In this document: positions 49,956 to 54,151 of the stretch, one piece after another
Layout of the letters: each line of letters opens with the position of its first letter
Numbering within the stretch: the stretch's first letter is position 1
Source of the DNA: Basidiobolus meristosporus CBS 931.73
Lineage: Eukaryota > Fungi > Basidiobolomycota
Reading direction: 5' to 3'
Length of the DNA: 54,151 nt
Assembly (NCBI GenBank): GCA_002104905.1
Contig: MCFE01000603.1
Span: forward strand, 1-54,151
Notes under the pieces: model-generated
The model's input: only the letters and a program-made list of their open reading frames with translations
Database searches by the model: none
Told to the model about the DNA's origin: nothing
Program-made: the position numbers and the translations under genes

Positions 49956-50246
49956 GAAGGCACTTTGTTCTTTCTTCTGGTACTCTAAGGCTTCCTCTCC
50001 CACACTTTTAGGAGGGCATTCTTCTCCCATGACAATATACCAAAGGCCTCTTTCTTGTAGCAGCATCTTCATCTTCACCATCCACACTTGGTAGTAAGAT
50101 CCATCCAACTTTTTAGCAGAGGGAAAAATTCTAGTAATAGCAGTAGTAGACATTGAAGAGTGAGACAGCTCAGGGCTCATAACCTGTTGTAAGAGGTTAG
50201 GAGATATTGGAAGTGATTTGGGAGGACAAGTAGATTATGTGGTTTT
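49956..50246 (-). mobile_element. Copia V remnant: gag start, PBS and first 62 bp of the 5' LTR
   Basis: ORF 49908-50180. PBS at 50171-50184. The LTR starts at 50185 and is interrupted at GTTTT by Copia W. Confidence 0.8.
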
Positions 50247-53200
50247 TGTTGTAAGAGTCTTGGAGATATTGGAAGTGATTTGGAGAACAAGTAGATTATG
50301 TAGTTTTCACTTAATGATTTATTGAATGTAAAAGTAGTATTTATACTTTTACATGGTCTTGGCATTACAAACACGTAGAATAGGTTAAGGAAGGTCCCAA
50401 GAACATGTGTGCAAAGTTTGGGGCTGTTTGGACAACTTTGAGAATTTTCATGTTCTGGGTACCTGGTATTTTGGTGAAAATATTCTAAGTAAATCCCGAC
50501 AAGGAATTTGGTCAGTATTCTCTAGGATTTGAAGGTGGTGATCTAAGTGACTAAGTTAGGTGAATATTTAGGTGGAAAATACGAATTTTTACAACACTCC
50601 CACTCAGCTAAATGTTCATACTGACTAGTCCTAATTTTGACCTAAGATATTCAAACTTGTCTCTAGCTAATGGTTTGGTAAATATGTCTGCAATCATTTC
50701 ATCTGTAGGACAGTAAACTAAGCTAACTAAGTTATTCTCTATAGCTTCATGTATGAAATGATGTCTAATATCTATGTGCTTGGTTCTAGCATGAAAAGTT
50801 GGATTTCTACCTAATTGTATACATCCTTGATTATCTTGAAATAAAGTAATAGGCGTTTTTTGACATAGGCCTAAATCTGTAAAGAGCTTTCTTAACCACA
50901 TTGCTTCTTTTGTAGCTTCACAGGCTGCCATATACTCTGCCTCTGTGGTGGAAAGTGCTATGGTTGGTTGCTTTCTTGAATTCCATGAAACTGCTCCTTT
51001 ACAGTAAAGAAAGGTGTATCCTGTGGTGGATCTTCTGTCTTCTAAATTTCGTCCCCAATCAGCATCAGAGTATCCCACAAGATCCTGTTCTGAATCCTTA
51101 TAAGTGTATCTTAAGCAGATATCAGCAGTTCCTTTTAGGTATATAAAAATCTGCTTAACTGCTGCAATATGATCAGATCCATAATTCTGATTATGTTGGC
51201 TGACAACTCCCACTGAATATGAGATATCTGGACGTGTTCCAAGCATGATATACATCAGACTGCCGACCATAGATTGATAAGGAAAGTCAGGGCTTTCAGA
51301 TGGCACCAAGCTCTCTTGATTTGGTTGAGTTTTGACCAAGTTAAGGTTTGTCTCCATTGGGGTAGCTGCCGGTTTACAGTCTTCCATTTTGTACTTCTTT
51401 AGTATATCTTGAATATACTTGGATTGGCTTAGGGTAATAGTCTGGGTACTTCTGTCTATGGAGAACTTAATCCCTAAGTAGTAACTAAGTTCTCCTAGAT
51501 CGGACATCTTGAACTCCTTAGATAGGCTGGATTTAGTCTCTTCCAATGTTTCTAGGTTATTGGTGGCTATAATAAGATCATCCACATATAGAGCTAATAG
51601 AACTGGATTTGCTCTATCTGGCTTATAGTATATACTATAGTCAGCATTACTCCTTTTGAAACTCAAAGATTCCAAATAAGAATCTATCTTGCAATTCCAG
51701 GCTCTTGGTGATTGTTTGAGACCATATAGTGACTTTTTAAGCTTGCAGACCAAATGGGGTTATCTTGGTCAACAAACCCATCAGGCTGGTCCATATACAC
51801 GTCCTCATCAAGTTCTCCATTCAAAAATGCAGTTTTTACATCCATTTGATGAATAAAAAACTTATATTTGGCTGCAATAGCCAATATTAATCTGATGGAA
51901 TTAAACTTGGCTACCGGTGCAAAGGTCTCAGTATAGTCAAGTCCTTTTGTTTGAGAGTATCCTTTGGCTACAAGTCTTGCTTTGTATCTTTCAATTGTAC
52001 CATCAGCCTTGTATTTTGTCTTGAAGACCCATCTGCATCCAATTGATTTTTGGTTGATTGGTAATTTGACTAAGTCCCAAGTTTGATTTTCCATCAGTGC
52101 CTGATATTCCTCAGTCATTGCAGATCTCCAAAACTTTGTCTGAGGGCTATTTAGGGCCTCTTTTACAGTCTGGGGTTCATCAACATGGACTGAATAGGCA
52201 TAGGCTAAGTTTGTACCCTCATTGATATAGTAATTTGGGCTATTTCTTGTCCGATTGGATCTCCGGGCATTTGATACTGGAATGATCACTTCTGGGATAT
52301 TCCTGGGCACTGATTCTGGCTGAACCACGGTTGTAGAGTCCTCTGGAGTGAAAAAATTTTCATTGTTTTGCTCTGATTCAATCCTGACAATTGGTGGACT
52401 TGAGATCAAATTTTTGTCATCATCTGATGCCATTTTTTGTGAAAATTTTGAATTTTCATCAAACAACACATCCCTGGACTTGATCAGCTTCTTTGCTTTG
52501 GTATTGTAGAGTCTGTATGCCTTACTCTCATTGCAGTAGCCCAAAAATATGCATTTTACACTTTTTGGCTCAAATTTTGACTGATTTCCGGCCAGTTTTT
52601 TGGCATATGCTGTACACCCAAATATTCTTAGATGTTCTGCACTTGGTCTGTATCCATACCATGCTTCAAATGGAGTAGAATCACGAAGTATTCTGTTATA
52701 ACTCCTATTTTTAAGATATACAGCAGTGGCAACTGATTCCGCCCAAAAATCATAGGATAATTTTTGATCATGGATCATAGATCTTGCCATATCAATTATT
52801 GATCTGTTAGCTTCGTTCTGCTACTCCATTTTGCTGTGGGGAGTATGGTACAGTAGTCTCTTGCTTTATCCCATGAATTTTGCAGAAGTGGATGAAGAGT
52901 TTTGAGGTATATTCTCCACCATTGTCAGAGCGTATTTTCTTGATTTTTTCACCAGTTTCTCTCTCCACCATGGCTTTAAACTCCCTGAGCTTAGACAGAG
53001 CTTCTTCCTTTCTCTCCATGAAGTAGACCCATGTGTATCTTGTATAATCATCAATAAAAGTGATTAAATACTTCATCCCGCCTAAGGATAAATTTTGCAT
53101 AGGTCCACACAGATCTGAGTGAATTAGATCTAATTTTTTCTTAGTTTTGATTAACCCAGAGCTCTTGAACGGTTGTCTGGCTTGTTTCCCATATATGCAG

Positions 53201-54151
53201 GCTTCACAGTGCTCCAAATTAGCTGGGGGATCAATTTTCACTCCAGAAATTAGCTGATCTTTGATCATTTTGCGCAAATAATCAAAATTGATGTGTCCAA
53301 ATCTCCTGTGCCAAAGCATTGGTGTTTCTTCATTTAAGTTACTTATATTGGCTTCCAAGATATGATGGAATATAAGTCAACTTGTATAGATTCTGATCTC
53401 TGATGCCCAAAGCAATATGAGCACCATTTTGATCAGTGATCCTGCATCCAGAATTGTCAAAACTGAAACTGAGTCCTTCTGCTGTGGCCTTGCTTACAGA
53501 GAGTAGGTTCTTGGCTATTTCTGGTACATAGAGTACTTCTTTAAAGGTCAGTGTATGGCTTCCTTCACTGCTTCTAAGGTTTACTTGGATAGTTCCTTCT
53601 CCCACTGCATCAAGTGTTCTATTGTCACCCATGAAAACCTTCTTAATTGGAATTTCTTGATATTGGGTAAAAAGTTCTTTTTGGTGTGTAAAGTGTTGAG
53701 AAGCTCCAGAGTCAATATACCACGTCTGAGAATCCTTGTTTGTGGTCATATTTAGTGCAGATATGAATAGTCTATCTTCAGTTGTTGCAGCATTTCCATA
53801 TTCAGGCTTCTTTTGCTGATAATCTCTCTTTTTGAAACACCGGTCTGATGTGTGTCCTTTCCTTTTGCAGTAGTTGCAAAATAGGTTGCTGTTGCCTTTG
53901 TAGGGTCTTGGGTACCTCCTTTGTTGGTTATCATTGCTTATTAAAGCATTTTCTTCTTCCTTCTTATTGGCGCTTGATTTTCTTAATTCTTCATCCAGGA
54001 GCCTTCCATATACGTAATTTAAGGTCAAATCTTCAGTTCTGGACTCTAGGGCTGATACAAGGCCCTGAAACTTGTCTGTCAGGCTATTCAGGATGGTAAC
54101 TATCACATCCTCATCAGTAGTTGGTACGCCCACAGATTCCATCTCATCTAC
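50247..54151 (-). mobile_element. Copia W, the least decayed copy; 3' LTR 50247-50596; continues beyond the window
   Basis: Intact LTR and PPT (50597-50607). Retains many CpGs lost in the other copies. Confidence 0.95.
50608..54151 (-). CDS. gag-pol: Copia gag-pol of W: no in-frame stops, three single-base frameshifts
   Basis: ORFs 53339-54142, 52807-53358, 51684-52790 and 50608-51753 tile the polyprotein: CNYCKRKGHTSDRC, WYIDSGAS, HSDLCGP, SDNGGEY, QQNGVAER, LYVDD, YSDADW, KHIDIRHHF. Confidence 0.9.

Noticed and set aside
51684-53358. Programmed ribosomal frameshifts in Copia W
   Set aside because: The shifts fall inside conserved domains and are absent from sibling copies, so they are indels or sequencing errors.
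1-54151. Host genes, tRNA/rRNA genes, CRISPR arrays or prokaryotic systems
   Set aside because: No supporting motifs. The tRNA-like 14-mer is a PBS, and all repeats are dispersed transposon parts rather than repeat-spacer arrays.

Overview
No host gene, RNA gene or CRISPR array can be supported in this 54-kb window. It is a eukaryotic transposon nest, probably fungal (inferred from the style of the Gypsy integrase and Transposase_21 proteins), and almost every base belongs to a transposable element. About half is one Ty1/Copia family: ~350-bp TGTTG...CAACA LTRs, single-frame gag-pol, 5-bp TSDs and a Ty5/copia-type PBS matching the anticodon arm of tRNA-iMet. It occurs as full-length, deleted and nested copies, and the copy at the right edge is nearly intact. 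Also present are two Ty3/Gypsy pol remnants, several solo LTRs, two copies plus fragments of a CMC/EnSpm (Transposase_21) element with a divergent accessory ORF, and two copies of a PHIS (PIF/Harbinger-related) DNA transposon. One PHIS copy is structurally complete (25310-28727, 15-bp TIRs, AAT TSD, Pangu-type). The repeats show pervasive CpG-to-TpG/CpA decay. The most unusual observations are: (1) an LTR family whose three fully readable insertions all trace back to 4-bp CpG-centred targets (GCGC, ACGT, CCGG), with a fourth, one-sided site consistent with ACGC; (2) a circularly permuted 297-bp copy of one LTR end plus its flank, inserted into a sister LTR 18 kb away, which looks like reintegration of a small DNA circle; (3) a complete Pangu-type transposon whose two genes each carry a single nonsense codon of the CGA-to-TGA type. 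All coordinates and identities were read by eye, not computed.
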